This document shows, one piece after another, positions 55,816 to 64,000 of a DNA stretch of 64,000 bases. Source of the DNA: Candidatus Omnitrophota bacterium. Its GTDB lineage: Bacteria; Omnitrophota; 4484-213. The first letter of the stretch is position 1; every line of letters begins with the position of its first letter. The DNA is taken from contig QNCL01000001.1 of the NCBI GenBank assembly GCA_003645805.1, forward strand, positions 1,582-65,581, in the 5' to 3' direction. Below the pieces are notes generated by a model, which did no database searches, had not been told where the DNA came from, and saw only the letters and a list, made by a program, of their open reading frames with translations. The position numbers and the translations under genes were made by a program.

Positions 55816-57512
55816 ACTCCCGCAGGAGGTCTTCTCTTTTTGAAATGGATTTCAGAGAAACCCTTTTGTCTTTAGTAGAAAAGGTAGTGAAAGAAAACTT
55901 CTCGGTGCAGGTTTCTATCTCCCTACAGAAGCCCCCCAAGAAGGAGTTTGGAGATTTCTCTACAAATATAGCGATGCAAATTGCTTCCCTTAGAAAAGAA
56001 GAGCCTCAGGAGGTAGGTAGAGAGATTATCCACAAACTAAAGCAGAGAATAAGAGAAGATGAGCAGATAAAAGATAAGGTCAAGGAGATAAAACTTGCCC
56101 CTCCCGGATTTATCAATTTCTTTCTTCATCAAGATTCGCTCTTGGATGTCTTAGAGGAGATTAAGCGAGAAGGGAAAGATTATGGAAGTTCAAAAGCAAA
56201 AAAGGGAAAGAAGATAAATATTGAGTTTGTAAGCGCAAACCCTACCGGACCTCTTACCATTGCTCATGGAAGACAGGCTGCCTTTGGAGATGCTCTGGCA
56301 AATATCTTAAAAGAGCAAGGATATGAGGTGTTCCGAGAGTATTATGTAAACGATGAAGGAACCCAGATAGATTTGTTGGGAGAGTCTGTGCGGGCTTGCT
56401 ATCTTCACCTTTTAGGAGAGAAGGCAAGTTTTTCAGAAGAAGGGTATAAAGGAGATTATATCAAGGCAATTGCTCAACAGATTTTTGCTCAAGAAGGAAA
56501 AAGTAAGAAGGAAGAGGATAAGGATTTCTTTGCGCGGTTTGCTTTAGATTCTATTTTGCAAGAGATAAAAGATGACCTGAAAAGGTTTGGAGTAAATTTT
56601 GATCTCTACTTCAGCCAAAGGAGTTTAACCAGAGAGAAGATAGAAAAAGCAATAGAGACTCTGGATAAAAAAGGGTACATTCTCCGTAAAGAAGGAGCGA
56701 TCTTCTTTAAATCCAAAGAATTTGGAGATGATAAAGACCGTGTTCTGGTAAGGAGTGATGGAAGGATTACCTACTTCGGTTGGGATATTGCTTATCATCA
56801 AGATAAATACTCCCGGGGATTTGCTAAACTTATCAATCTCTGGGGTCCTGACCATCACGGTTATCTGAAGCGATTGAAAGGAGCGATTGAAGCCCTTGGT
56901 TATCCTAAAGAAACTCTTTCCATTATTATTGTCCAGTTAGTAAGTTTGTATCGCGGAAAGGATAAAATACCCATCTCCACACGGGCAGGAAAGTTCATCA
57001 CTCTCCGTCAGGTGATAGAGGAAATTGGTAAGGATGCAACACGCTTTTTCTTTCTCAGTCGGCGGAGTGACTCCCATCTTGATTTTGATCTGCAATTGGC
57101 AAAGAAAAAAAGTTTAGAAAATCCTGTTTACTATATCCAATATGCCTATGCACGCATTTGCAATATCTTAGAGTTTGCAAAGAAGGAGTATAAACAGATA
57201 AACATTTCTTCCATTTCCCTTAAAGATAAGGAATCCTCTCTCCTAAACAAAAAAGAAGAGATAGAACTGATAAAAAAACTTTCTGAGTTTCCCTCTATAT
57301 TATCCCTATGTGCCCAAAAACTGGAAGTGCATCCCCTTACTACTTACCTCTATGAACTCTCTTCCTTACTTCACAGTTTCTACAACCAACATCGGGTGGT
57401 TACAGAAAATAGAGAGATTACCTATGCGCGCTTGCTCCTGGTCTATTGCACAAAACTGGTGATAGAGAAAGGATTGGGAGTGCTGGGAATCTCTGCTCCT
57501 ACCAGGATGTGA
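55812..57512 (+). CDS. argS: arginyl-tRNA synthetase
   Basis: HIGH-equivalent SANPTGPLTIAHGR and the C-terminal anticodon-binding DALR domain expected for ArgRS; 566 aa. Confidence 0.9.
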   Translation: MNSRRRSSLFEMDFRETLLSLVEKVVKENFSVQVSISLQKPPKKEFGDFSTNIAMQIASLRKEEPQEVGREIIHKLKQRIREDEQIKDKVKEIKLAPPGFINFFLHQDSLLDVLEEIKREGKDYGSSKAKKGKKINIEFVSANPTGPLTIAHGRQAAFGDALANILKEQGYEVFREYYVNDEGTQIDLLGESVRACYLHLLGEKASFSEEGYKGDYIKAIAQQIFAQEGKSKKEEDKDFFARFALDSILQEIKDDLKRFGVNFDLYFSQRSLTREKIEKAIETLDKKGYILRKEGAIFFKSKEFGDDKDRVLVRSDGRITYFGWDIAYHQDKYSRGFAKLINLWGPDHHGYLKRLKGAIEALGYPKETLSIIIVQLVSLYRGKDKIPISTRAGKFITLRQVIEEIGKDATRFFFLSRRSDSHLDFDLQLAKKKSLENPVYYIQYAYARICNILEFAKKEYKQINISSISLKDKESSLLNKKEEIELIKKLSEFPSILSLCAQKLEVHPLTTYLYELSSLLHSFYNQHRVVTENREITYARLLLVYCTKLVIEKGLGVLGISAPTRM

Positions 57513-57524
57513 AAAATAAAAAAT

Positions 57525-57543
57525 ATTCTCCCTCCGGGAGAAT
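57525..57543. terminator. perfect 8-bp GC-rich hairpin (ATTCTCCC-TCC-GGGAGAAT) after argS
   Basis: Inverted repeat seen directly. Flanked by an A-run upstream and A-run downstream on the + strand, so the U-tract would be on the - strand. Function uncertain. Confidence 0.3.
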
Positions 57544-57614
57544 AAAAAGATAACATCTATTATTGGAAGCATAAGAAGCCTTATCCAGAATGCGGTAAGC
57601 GTTGGAAATGGAAT

Positions 57615-58016
57615 ATGGAACTTATAATTTCTCCTTGGAAAAATAAATTCATTGAAGTTGTAAGTAAAACAAAAAGAGAGCTGTTTATTTCTTCTCCCTT
57701 TATAGATGTAGACGCAGTGAAACTGCTTTCAAATTTAATTCAGAAAAGAAGTTCAATAGAGTTGTTCCTTATCACAAATTTAACAACGCACACTATAGTG
57801 AATAAAATTACTGATCCCCAGGCATTAATAGAATTGTATAAACAATTTAATAAGGTTAAAATCTCAAGCCTTGGAAGATTGCATGCAAAGGTGTATTTGA
57901 TAGATAGCGAGTTCGGAATAATCACTTCAGCAAATCTTACAATTGGCGGTTTAGTTAATAACTTCGAATATGGAGTCTTAATAAGCAATAGAAGTGTTAT
58001 CCGGAGCGTAAAATAG
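57615..58016 (+). CDS. phospholipase D-like (single HKD motif) nuclease-family protein
   Basis: HKD motif GRLHAKVYLIDSEFGIITSANLT (HxK..D......GSxN pattern); 133 aa. AT-rich codon usage unlike the neighbours. Confidence 0.65.
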   Translation: MELIISPWKNKFIEVVSKTKRELFISSPFIDVDAVKLLSNLIQKRSSIELFLITNLTTHTIVNKITDPQALIELYKQFNKVKISSLGRLHAKVYLIDSEFGIITSANLTIGGLVNNFEYGVLISNRSVIRSVK

Positions 58017-58091
58017 GTAACCATCAATAAGAAAAACTACGAATTCTTTTAATTTTGAATTACTAAAAATAGGATAAAAGGAGGAGGAACC

Positions 58092-58376
58092 ATGAGAAAG
58101 GACCATGAGAAAAGGAGAAAAAACACCAATGCAATCTTCTCTAAGACAATTCTTGACTTATTAAAAGAGCGAGGGCCCTTAAGCACAGAACAAATTCATC
58201 CCTTGATTCAAGCAATACATCCCGATATTTGCGATGATAGTATTGATAGAGTGATTGATGGCCAGCATTTTGGCAAGAAATGGAAACATTTAGTTAGAGG
58301 TGCTCAGCAATCTTTGAAAAGGAGAGGATTAATATTCTTAAAGAATAATAAATGGCATCTCGTAGGCAACAACTAA
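58092..58376 (+). CDS. Mrr-N-like winged-helix protein (restriction-system-type DNA-binding domain)
   Basis: 94 aa; ...HFGKKWKHLVRGAQQSLKRRGLIFLKNNKWHLVGN resembles the Mrr N-terminal winged-helix domain. RBS AGGAGGAGG before the ATG. Confidence 0.45.
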   Translation: MRKDHEKRRKNTNAIFSKTILDLLKERGPLSTEQIHPLIQAIHPDICDDSIDRVIDGQHFGKKWKHLVRGAQQSLKRRGLIFLKNNKWHLVGNN

Positions 58377-58500
58377 AAATCATAAAGAGAAAAACCTAAT
58401 GAGCAAAAACATCCTTTAGAAAAAACTCTCGCAAAGTAAGATTTCTATTTTGCAAAAAACCTGACATTTTTATTTTGGATTAACAAAACAAGTACAAAAA

Positions 58501-58529
58501 TTGACATCCTGGGGAGAAAATGTTATACT
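58501..58529 (+). promoter_or_regulatory. sigma70-type promoter upstream of leuA (TTGACA, 17-nt spacer, TATACT)
   Basis: TTGACA at 58501-58506, TATACT at 58524-58529, 35 nt upstream of the leuA ATG. Confidence 0.5.
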
Positions 58530-58564
58530 ATTCCCTTAGTGAAATTAAAGAAAGGTAAGGAGAG

Positions 58565-60091
58565 ATGAGAAGAATTTTGATATTTGATACTACATTAAGA
58601 GATGGAGAGCAGTCTCCGGGAGCAAGTCTAACCCCTGAGCAGAAATTAATTATTGCAGAACACCTGGAAAGGCTTAATGTGGATATAATTGAGGCGGGTT
58701 ATCCTGCTTCCTCTCCCGGTGAGATAGAAGCCATAAAAGAGATAAGTAAGCATATCAAAAAGCCCATAATTGCTGCTTTAGCGCGCACGCTTAAAACAGA
58801 TATAGATGCTTGCCTAAAGTCTTTAGAGAAGACAAGAAGAGCGCGCATACATATCTTCTGTGCAACCTCAGAGATTCATCTGAAATACAAACTAAAGAAA
58901 GCAAAGAAAGAGATATTAAAACTCACTGCGGAAAGTATAAGGTATGCCAAGCAGTTTATAGAAGATATTGAATTCTCTCCTGAGGATGCTACACGGACAG
59001 AATTTGATTTTTTGGTTGAGGTAGTTAAACTGGCTATAGAGGCAGGAGCCACAACCATCAACATTCCTGATACTGTAGGATGCAGTTTTCCTTCCCAGTT
59101 TGGCAGGTTAATCTCTAACCTTCGAGAGTCTGTAAACCTCTCAGATGTGCATCTAAGCGTCCACTGCCATAATGATCTCGGGATGGCAGTGGCTAATTCT
59201 CTGACCGCTATCGAGAAGGGAGCAGATCAGGTAGAGTGCACCATCAATGGCATTGGAGAACGAGCAGGGAATGCCTCTTTAGAGGAGATTGTGATGAATA
59301 TAAAACTGCATCCTGAAATCTTCAAGGGAGAAACGAGGATAAAGACCGAGGAGTTGTATAAAATCAGTCGACTGGTGAGCCATTTAACAGGCATCCCTGT
59401 TCAACCTAATAAGGCAATTGTAGGAAGTAATGCCTTTGCTCACGAAGCAGGCATTCATCAAGATGGAATACTGAAAAAAAGAACTACTTATGAGATAATT
59501 AACCCTACAGATGTAGGAGTAAAAGAAACGCGTTTGGTTCTGGGAAAACACTCGGGCAGACACGCCTTAGAGGAGCATTTGAAAAAGATGGGTTATCACC
59601 TCAGAAAAGAAGAGTTGGAAAATCTGTTCTTGAAGTTTAAGGAGATCGCCGATAAGAAGAAAGAGATCTTTGATGAGGATCTGGAGATTCTTCTTGAAGA
59701 GATCAAAGGCAGAGTTCCGCAGGTCTATAAACTGGATTATATTCATATCACCAGCGGAAATACTACTGTTCCTACAGCAACAGTAAGGTTAAAAAAAGGC
59801 AAGCAACTCCTTCAAGATTCTGCTTGTGGAGATGGCCCTGTAGATGCTTGCTATAAAGCAATAGAGAGAATTACAGGGGTAAGAGGCAAATTGCTAAATT
59901 ATTCTCTCCAAGCAATTACCTCAGGAAAGGACGCTGTAGGAGAGGTAAGTATCAAGGTAAAGTTTAAGGATAGGATAATCACCGCCCGAGGAGCAAGCAC
60001 GGATATCGTTGAAGGAAGTGCTAAGGCTTATTTAGAGGCGGTGAACAAGATGATTTACAAACTTAAAGAGAAAGGGAAATCCTCGCCTTAG
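58565..60091 (+). CDS. leuA: 2-isopropylmalate synthase / (R)-citramalate synthase family
   Basis: ILIFDTTLRDGEQSPGASLT N-terminus, HxH metal site (HCHNDLGMAVANSL), C-terminal LeuA-dimer regulatory domain; 508 aa. Confidence 0.8.
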   Translation: MRRILIFDTTLRDGEQSPGASLTPEQKLIIAEHLERLNVDIIEAGYPASSPGEIEAIKEISKHIKKPIIAALARTLKTDIDACLKSLEKTRRARIHIFCATSEIHLKYKLKKAKKEILKLTAESIRYAKQFIEDIEFSPEDATRTEFDFLVEVVKLAIEAGATTINIPDTVGCSFPSQFGRLISNLRESVNLSDVHLSVHCHNDLGMAVANSLTAIEKGADQVECTINGIGERAGNASLEEIVMNIKLHPEIFKGETRIKTEELYKISRLVSHLTGIPVQPNKAIVGSNAFAHEAGIHQDGILKKRTTYEIINPTDVGVKETRLVLGKHSGRHALEEHLKKMGYHLRKEELENLFLKFKEIADKKKEIFDEDLEILLEEIKGRVPQVYKLDYIHITSGNTTVPTATVRLKKGKQLLQDSACGDGPVDACYKAIERITGVRGKLLNYSLQAITSGKDAVGEVSIKVKFKDRIITARGASTDIVEGSAKAYLEAVNKMIYKLKEKGKSSP

Positions 60092-60105
60092 TTTTTTGGA
60101 GTAGA

Positions 60106-60957
60106 TTGTCTAAGTTTGAGATGCTCACCTCCAAAACAAAGATATATGGGCTCTTAGGCTATCCAGTGAAACATAGCCTTTCTCCTCTAATCCATAACTC
60201 TGCCTTTACATATTTAGGAATAGATGCTTGCTATCTCTGCTTCGAGACCCTACCTGAGTATATAAAAGAAGCCATTGAAGGAATAAGGGCACTGAAGATT
60301 GAAGGAGTAAATTTAACCATTCCCCATAAAGAAAGGTGTCTTGCTTATTTAGATGAGATAGAGCCTTTGGCAAAAGAGATCGGGGCAGTAAACACCATTG
60401 TAAGGGAAGGAGAGAGGTTAGTTGGATATAATACAGATGCCCAAGGATTCTTAAGAGCCTTGCAAGAGTTAAACTTTGATGCAAAAGAGAAGACCATCTT
60501 TCTTCTGGGAGCAGGGGGAGCAGGAAAAGCAGTAGGGATAACTCTGGCAAAGGCAGGAGCAAAGTGTATCTTTATTGTAGACAAAGAAAGAAAAAAAGCA
60601 GAAGAATTAGAGGAAAGAATAAAAAGGCTCAGTCCTTCTACGAGAGTAGAGGTGAGTTCGGTAGAAGAGAAAGAGAAGATTCTTAACGCAAATCTTTTAG
60701 TAAATGCCACTCCCTTGGGAATGAATCCCCAAGACCCTTTACCAGTATCTCCTGATAGTCTATCTCCCTCTGTGTGGGTATTTGATCTTATCTATTCTCC
60801 CCCGGAGACCAAACTTCTCCATTTAGCCCGCAAGAGAGGAATAAAAGCAGAGAATGGATTGGGAATGTTAATTCACCAGGCAGGGCTCTCCTTCCAGTTA
60901 TGGACAGGAAAACAAGCACCTTTACAGGTAATGAGAGAAAGCATCAATAAAAAATGA
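60106..60957 (+). CDS. aroE: shikimate dehydrogenase
   Basis: YGLLGYPVKHSLSPLIHNSAF N-terminus and GAGGAGKA NADP motif. Confidence 0.85.
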   Translation: MSKFEMLTSKTKIYGLLGYPVKHSLSPLIHNSAFTYLGIDACYLCFETLPEYIKEAIEGIRALKIEGVNLTIPHKERCLAYLDEIEPLAKEIGAVNTIVREGERLVGYNTDAQGFLRALQELNFDAKEKTIFLLGAGGAGKAVGITLAKAGAKCIFIVDKERKKAEELEERIKRLSPSTRVEVSSVEEKEKILNANLLVNATPLGMNPQDPLPVSPDSLSPSVWVFDLIYSPPETKLLHLARKRGIKAENGLGMLIHQAGLSFQLWTGKQAPLQVMRESINKK

Positions 60958-62591
60958 ACTCTTTGCTTATTGCTGTAGGCTCTCTAATCATCTTCGCGCT
61001 GGCTTATCGCTTCTATGGCAATAGACTCAGTAGGCTTTGGGAAGTAAACCCCAACAACAGAACTCCTGCACACAGAAAAAACGATGGAGTAGATTTTGTT
61101 CCTGCCCGCCACTGGTCAATTTTGTTTGGACATCATTTCTCTTCCATCGCAGGAGCAGGTCCGATTATCGGACCGGTGATTGCCTGCGCCCTTTTTGGCT
61201 GGTTTCCTGCCCTGCTTTGGATTATATTAGGCTCTATTTTTCTAGGAGGGGTGCATGATTTCTCGGCTTTGATGGCTTCATTGAGAGAGGAAGGAGGTTC
61301 CATTGCTCAGATTTCCAAAACCACCCTTGGGTATGCGGTAAAGATAGTGTTTGCCATCTTTCTCTTTCTTAGCCTTGTTTTGGTAATTGCTGTATTTGCT
61401 GCGGTGGGAGGAAAAACATTAGCAGTTGAACCTCGAGTAGTTCTGCCTACCTTTGGCTTGATTTTGGTTGCTTTTTTGATAGGGATTATGCTCTATCGCT
61501 GGCATATCAATCAGGTAGTTTGCACCTTACTGGGAGTAACCCTGCTCTTCACTTTAATTCTCCTTGGGTATTATTTTCCTATAACGATAGGACCAAAAGC
61601 CCAGACTATCTGGACGATAGTGCTTTTAGTCTATGCCTTTATTGCCTCTGTGCTCCCTGTGAATCTACTTCTTCAACCTCGTGATTACCTGGCTACTTTT
61701 ATCCTCTTTTTTGGCTTATTTTTTGGGTATTTAGGAATCCTGCTTACCCATCCTAGTATGCATACCCCTGCCTTCCTCTCCTGGAGTTCTGAAAAGGGAA
61801 ATCTCTGGCCTATGCTTTTTGTTCTAATTGCTTGTGGAGCACTTTCGGGTTTTCATTCCTTGATAGCCTCCGGCACTACCTCCAAGCAGTTATCTAATGA
61901 GAAGGAGGCTCAAAGAATTGCTTATGGAGGAATGCTATTGGAAGGAGTACTTGCAGTGCTCGCTTTGATTGCAGTATGTGCAGGACTCTACTGGAATAAT
62001 CCCTCTTACTCCTCATTAATCTATCCACAATTGATTAAAGAGAAGGGCTGGATTGTTGCCTTTGGGAAGGGCTATGCAGAGATTACCAAACCTCTATTTG
62101 GAGGATTGGGAGTGTTGATTGCTGTTACTACCCTTAAAACATTTGTAATGACTACCTTAGACTCTGCTACGCGTATCTGTCGGTATATCGGAGAAGAACT
62201 CCTTCAGGAAACAAAAATATCCTGCAATCGCTATATAGTCTCTTTTCTAATAATTCTTCTGGCTACCTACTTAGCCTTAGGAAACTGGCGTTTGCTCTGG
62301 CCAGCCTTTGGTGCTTCTAACCAGTTGGTAGCCGCCTTGGTGCTTCTGGTAATTACTCTTTATCTAAAAAAGAGAAGAAGAAAGGTAATCTTTACCTTGC
62401 TTCCTTCAGGATTTATTTTTCTCACTACTTTATATGCACTTATCTATCAGGGGGGAGAATTCTTTAGAAATCGGGATTACCTCCTATTTAGTATAGACCT
62501 CCTCCTGTTTGTTCTTGCTTTGTTTGTTCTGGGAAGAGGATTAAAGATGTTAATTTCTACTAAAGAGAAGGAGGGGAGAGCAGATGCCTGA
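60954..62591 (+). CDS. cstA: carbon starvation protein CstA family transporter
   Basis: N-terminus YRFYGNRLSRLW, HHFSSIAGAGPIIGPV motif, polytopic; 545 aa. Confidence 0.85.
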   Translation: MNSLLIAVGSLIIFALAYRFYGNRLSRLWEVNPNNRTPAHRKNDGVDFVPARHWSILFGHHFSSIAGAGPIIGPVIACALFGWFPALLWIILGSIFLGGVHDFSALMASLREEGGSIAQISKTTLGYAVKIVFAIFLFLSLVLVIAVFAAVGGKTLAVEPRVVLPTFGLILVAFLIGIMLYRWHINQVVCTLLGVTLLFTLILLGYYFPITIGPKAQTIWTIVLLVYAFIASVLPVNLLLQPRDYLATFILFFGLFFGYLGILLTHPSMHTPAFLSWSSEKGNLWPMLFVLIACGALSGFHSLIASGTTSKQLSNEKEAQRIAYGGMLLEGVLAVLALIAVCAGLYWNNPSYSSLIYPQLIKEKGWIVAFGKGYAEITKPLFGGLGVLIAVTTLKTFVMTTLDSATRICRYIGEELLQETKISCNRYIVSFLIILLATYLALGNWRLLWPAFGASNQLVAALVLLVITLYLKKRRRKVIFTLLPSGFIFLTTLYALIYQGGEFFRNRDYLLFSIDLLLFVLALFVLGRGLKMLISTKEKEGRADA

Positions 62592-62868
62592 GGAGAAAGA
62601 AACGCAAAAGGAAAGCACGCAAATGAACTTTGCTCTGTTCATCTCCAGTCTGGGAATGCAGGCATTGATGCATTTAGGAGAAGTAGTTAATCCCTTAACC
62701 AACAAGAAAGAGACAGATTTGAAACAGGCAAAGCAGACTATCGACATTCTGGAAATCTTAGAGAAAAAGACAAAAGGGAATCTGGATAAAAAAGAGGAAC
62801 AGATATTAAGGGATATCTTATATGAAACAAGAATGAAATATATAGAGAAAGCAGGACAGCAAAAATAA
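62584..62868 (+). CDS. DUF1844-like small protein
   Basis: FALFISSLGMQALMHLGEVVNP...TIDILEILEKKTKGNL pattern recalled from the DUF1844 family; 94 aa. Confidence 0.45.
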   Translation: MPEEKETQKESTQMNFALFISSLGMQALMHLGEVVNPLTNKKETDLKQAKQTIDILEILEKKTKGNLDKKEEQILRDILYETRMKYIEKAGQQK

Positions 62869-62911
62869 AGATATTTATTGCCCTTGCTCAGTCAAAGCAC
62901 TCTGTAAAACG

Positions 62912-64000
62912 ATGTTGACTCGCCAAGAATTAGAAGAAAGAGAGGAAAAATTGCTCGCGCCCTACGCGGCAAAGAGCAAGAGGACAAAGGGGCGTATTCA
63001 TCCCGAGGAAGAGCACCCTTTTCGCTCAGTCTATCAACGGGATAGAGATCGTATAATCCACTCCAATGCCTTTCGTAAATTGGAGTATAAAACTCAGGTG
63101 TTCCTTAACCATGAAGGGGACTATTACCGCACTCGCCTTACTCACACCCTTGAAGTTGCTCAAATTGCCGTTTCCATTGCGCGCACCCTTCGTCTAAACG
63201 AGGATCTGACAGAAGCAATCGCCTTAGCCCATGACATCGGGCATACTCCTTTTGGGCATGCAGGAGAGGAGGTTCTGCGAGAGTTGATGAAGGACTTTGG
63301 GGGCTTTGAGCATAACCAGCAAGGTTTGCGTGTGGTAGATCTTTTAGAGGAGAGATACCCTAACTTCAAAGGGCTAAATCTCACCTATGAAACACGCGAA
63401 GGAATTGCTAAACACAAAAGTTTTTTTGACCAGAAAGATATGAGAAATAAAGAGTTTGAACACTATCAGCCCTCTTTGGAAGCACAGGTGGTAGATTTAG
63501 CCGATGAGATTGCTTATGATAGCCATGATTTAGATGATGGAATCACTGCTGGGCTTATCAACGAAGAACAACTGCTTGATGTGGAGATCTGGAAGGAGGT
63601 TTATAAACCCTTGAGCAGGAAAGGGTTGAGCAGAGAGATGCTAAAATATCAAGCAGTAAGGTCGCTAATCAACCTAAGCACTATAGATCTGATAAAGGAG
63701 TCGGAAAAGAGGTTGGAGAGTATTGGAAGTTTGGAGGAGGTAAGAAAAAGCAAGCATAGGCTAATCTCCTTCAGCAAAGAAATGAGCGAGAAGCGAAAGG
63801 AACTTAAGAATTTCTTATCTAAGAATCTCTACTCCCATTATCGAGTAATGCGAATGATGATCAAAGCCCAGCGATTTATTAAACAACTCTTTCTGATATA
63901 CTCAGAGAAACCCCAACAACTCCCTCTCTCTTGCCAGGAGAAGATTGGTGAACAAGGACTGGAAAGGACAATTTGTGATTATATTGCTGGAATGACAGAC
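62912..64000 (+). CDS. dgt: dGTP triphosphohydrolase-like HD-domain protein (5' part; runs off window)
   Basis: Open frame from ATG 62912 to the window end: RSVYQRDRDRIIHSNAFRKLEYKTQVF...HTLEVAQIA...ALAHDIGHTPFGH (HD motif). Confidence 0.8.
   Translation, partial: MLTRQELEEREEKLLAPYAAKSKRTKGRIHPEEEHPFRSVYQRDRDRIIHSNAFRKLEYKTQVFLNHEGDYYRTRLTHTLEVAQIAVSIARTLRLNEDLTEAIALAHDIGHTPFGHAGEEVLRELMKDFGGFEHNQQGLRVVDLLEERYPNFKGLNLTYETREGIAKHKSFFDQKDMRNKEFEHYQPSLEAQVVDLADEIAYDSHDLDDGITAGLINEEQLLDVEIWKEVYKPLSRKGLSREMLKYQAVRSLINLSTIDLIKESEKRLESIGSLEEVRKSKHRLISFSKEMSEKRKELKNFLSKNLYSHYRVMRMMIKAQRFIKQLFLIYSEKPQQLPLSCQEKIGEQGLERTICDYIAGMTD

Noticed and set aside
58377-58500. Possible leucine leader peptide or attenuator upstream of leuA
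   Set aside because: The only mini-ORF (MSKNIL*) is not Leu-rich and lies upstream of the -35 box. The promoter is only 35 nt from the leuA ATG, leaving no room for an attenuator.

Overview
The window is a gene-dense bacterial chromosomal segment of about 42% GC with a purine-rich (AG-rich) coding strand. Every credible gene, about 75 in all, lies on the + strand. No rRNA, CRISPR array, transposase or IS element was found.

Most of the window is housekeeping. It begins inside gltX, then carries rsmE, a MiaB/MtaB-type methylthiotransferase and a glycolipid/lipid-A block (GT28 MGDG-synthase-like, LpxL-family acyltransferase, GT2). These are followed by pcm, an aminotransferase, thiL, tsaE, tsaB, alr and ilvB. 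Two tRNAs (Cys-GCA and Leu-TAA) sit directly after ilvB.

Downstream of the tRNAs is a periplasmic thiol-redox module: a thioredoxin-CcdA/DsbD fusion, a secreted protein built from two duplicated monothiol thioredoxin-like halves, and a DJ-1/PfpI protein. After that come efp, accBC, ilvC, radA, ispDF, cysE-cysS, a consensus sigma70 promoter driving a tRNA-Met(CAT), dnaE, glyA, dCMP deaminase, trpS, scpAB, pheA and ilvH.

The next stretch holds an EF-G paralog whose switch-II catalytic His is replaced by Tyr, then an orphan trio of TadE/TadG-like pseudopilin genes, one of which has a Cys-rich tail. These are followed by kdsD-kdsC, coaE, rho, rpmE, ruvCAB, a SpoIID-like protein, yajC, a short hinge-less SMC-like ATPase, eno, ftsB, tmk, holB, ricT, metG, tatD and argS.

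Between argS and leuA sits an AT-rich two-gene islet encoding a single-HKD PLD-family nuclease and an Mrr-N-like winged-helix protein. The window ends with aroE, cstA, a DUF1844-like protein and the 5' part of a dGTPase gene.

All family assignments are from motif recognition by eye; no searches were run. The most unusual items are the PLD/winged-helix islet, the His-to-Tyr EF-G paralog, the orphan Cys-rich Tad-like cluster, the tandem monothiol-thioredoxin secreted protein and the miniature SMC.
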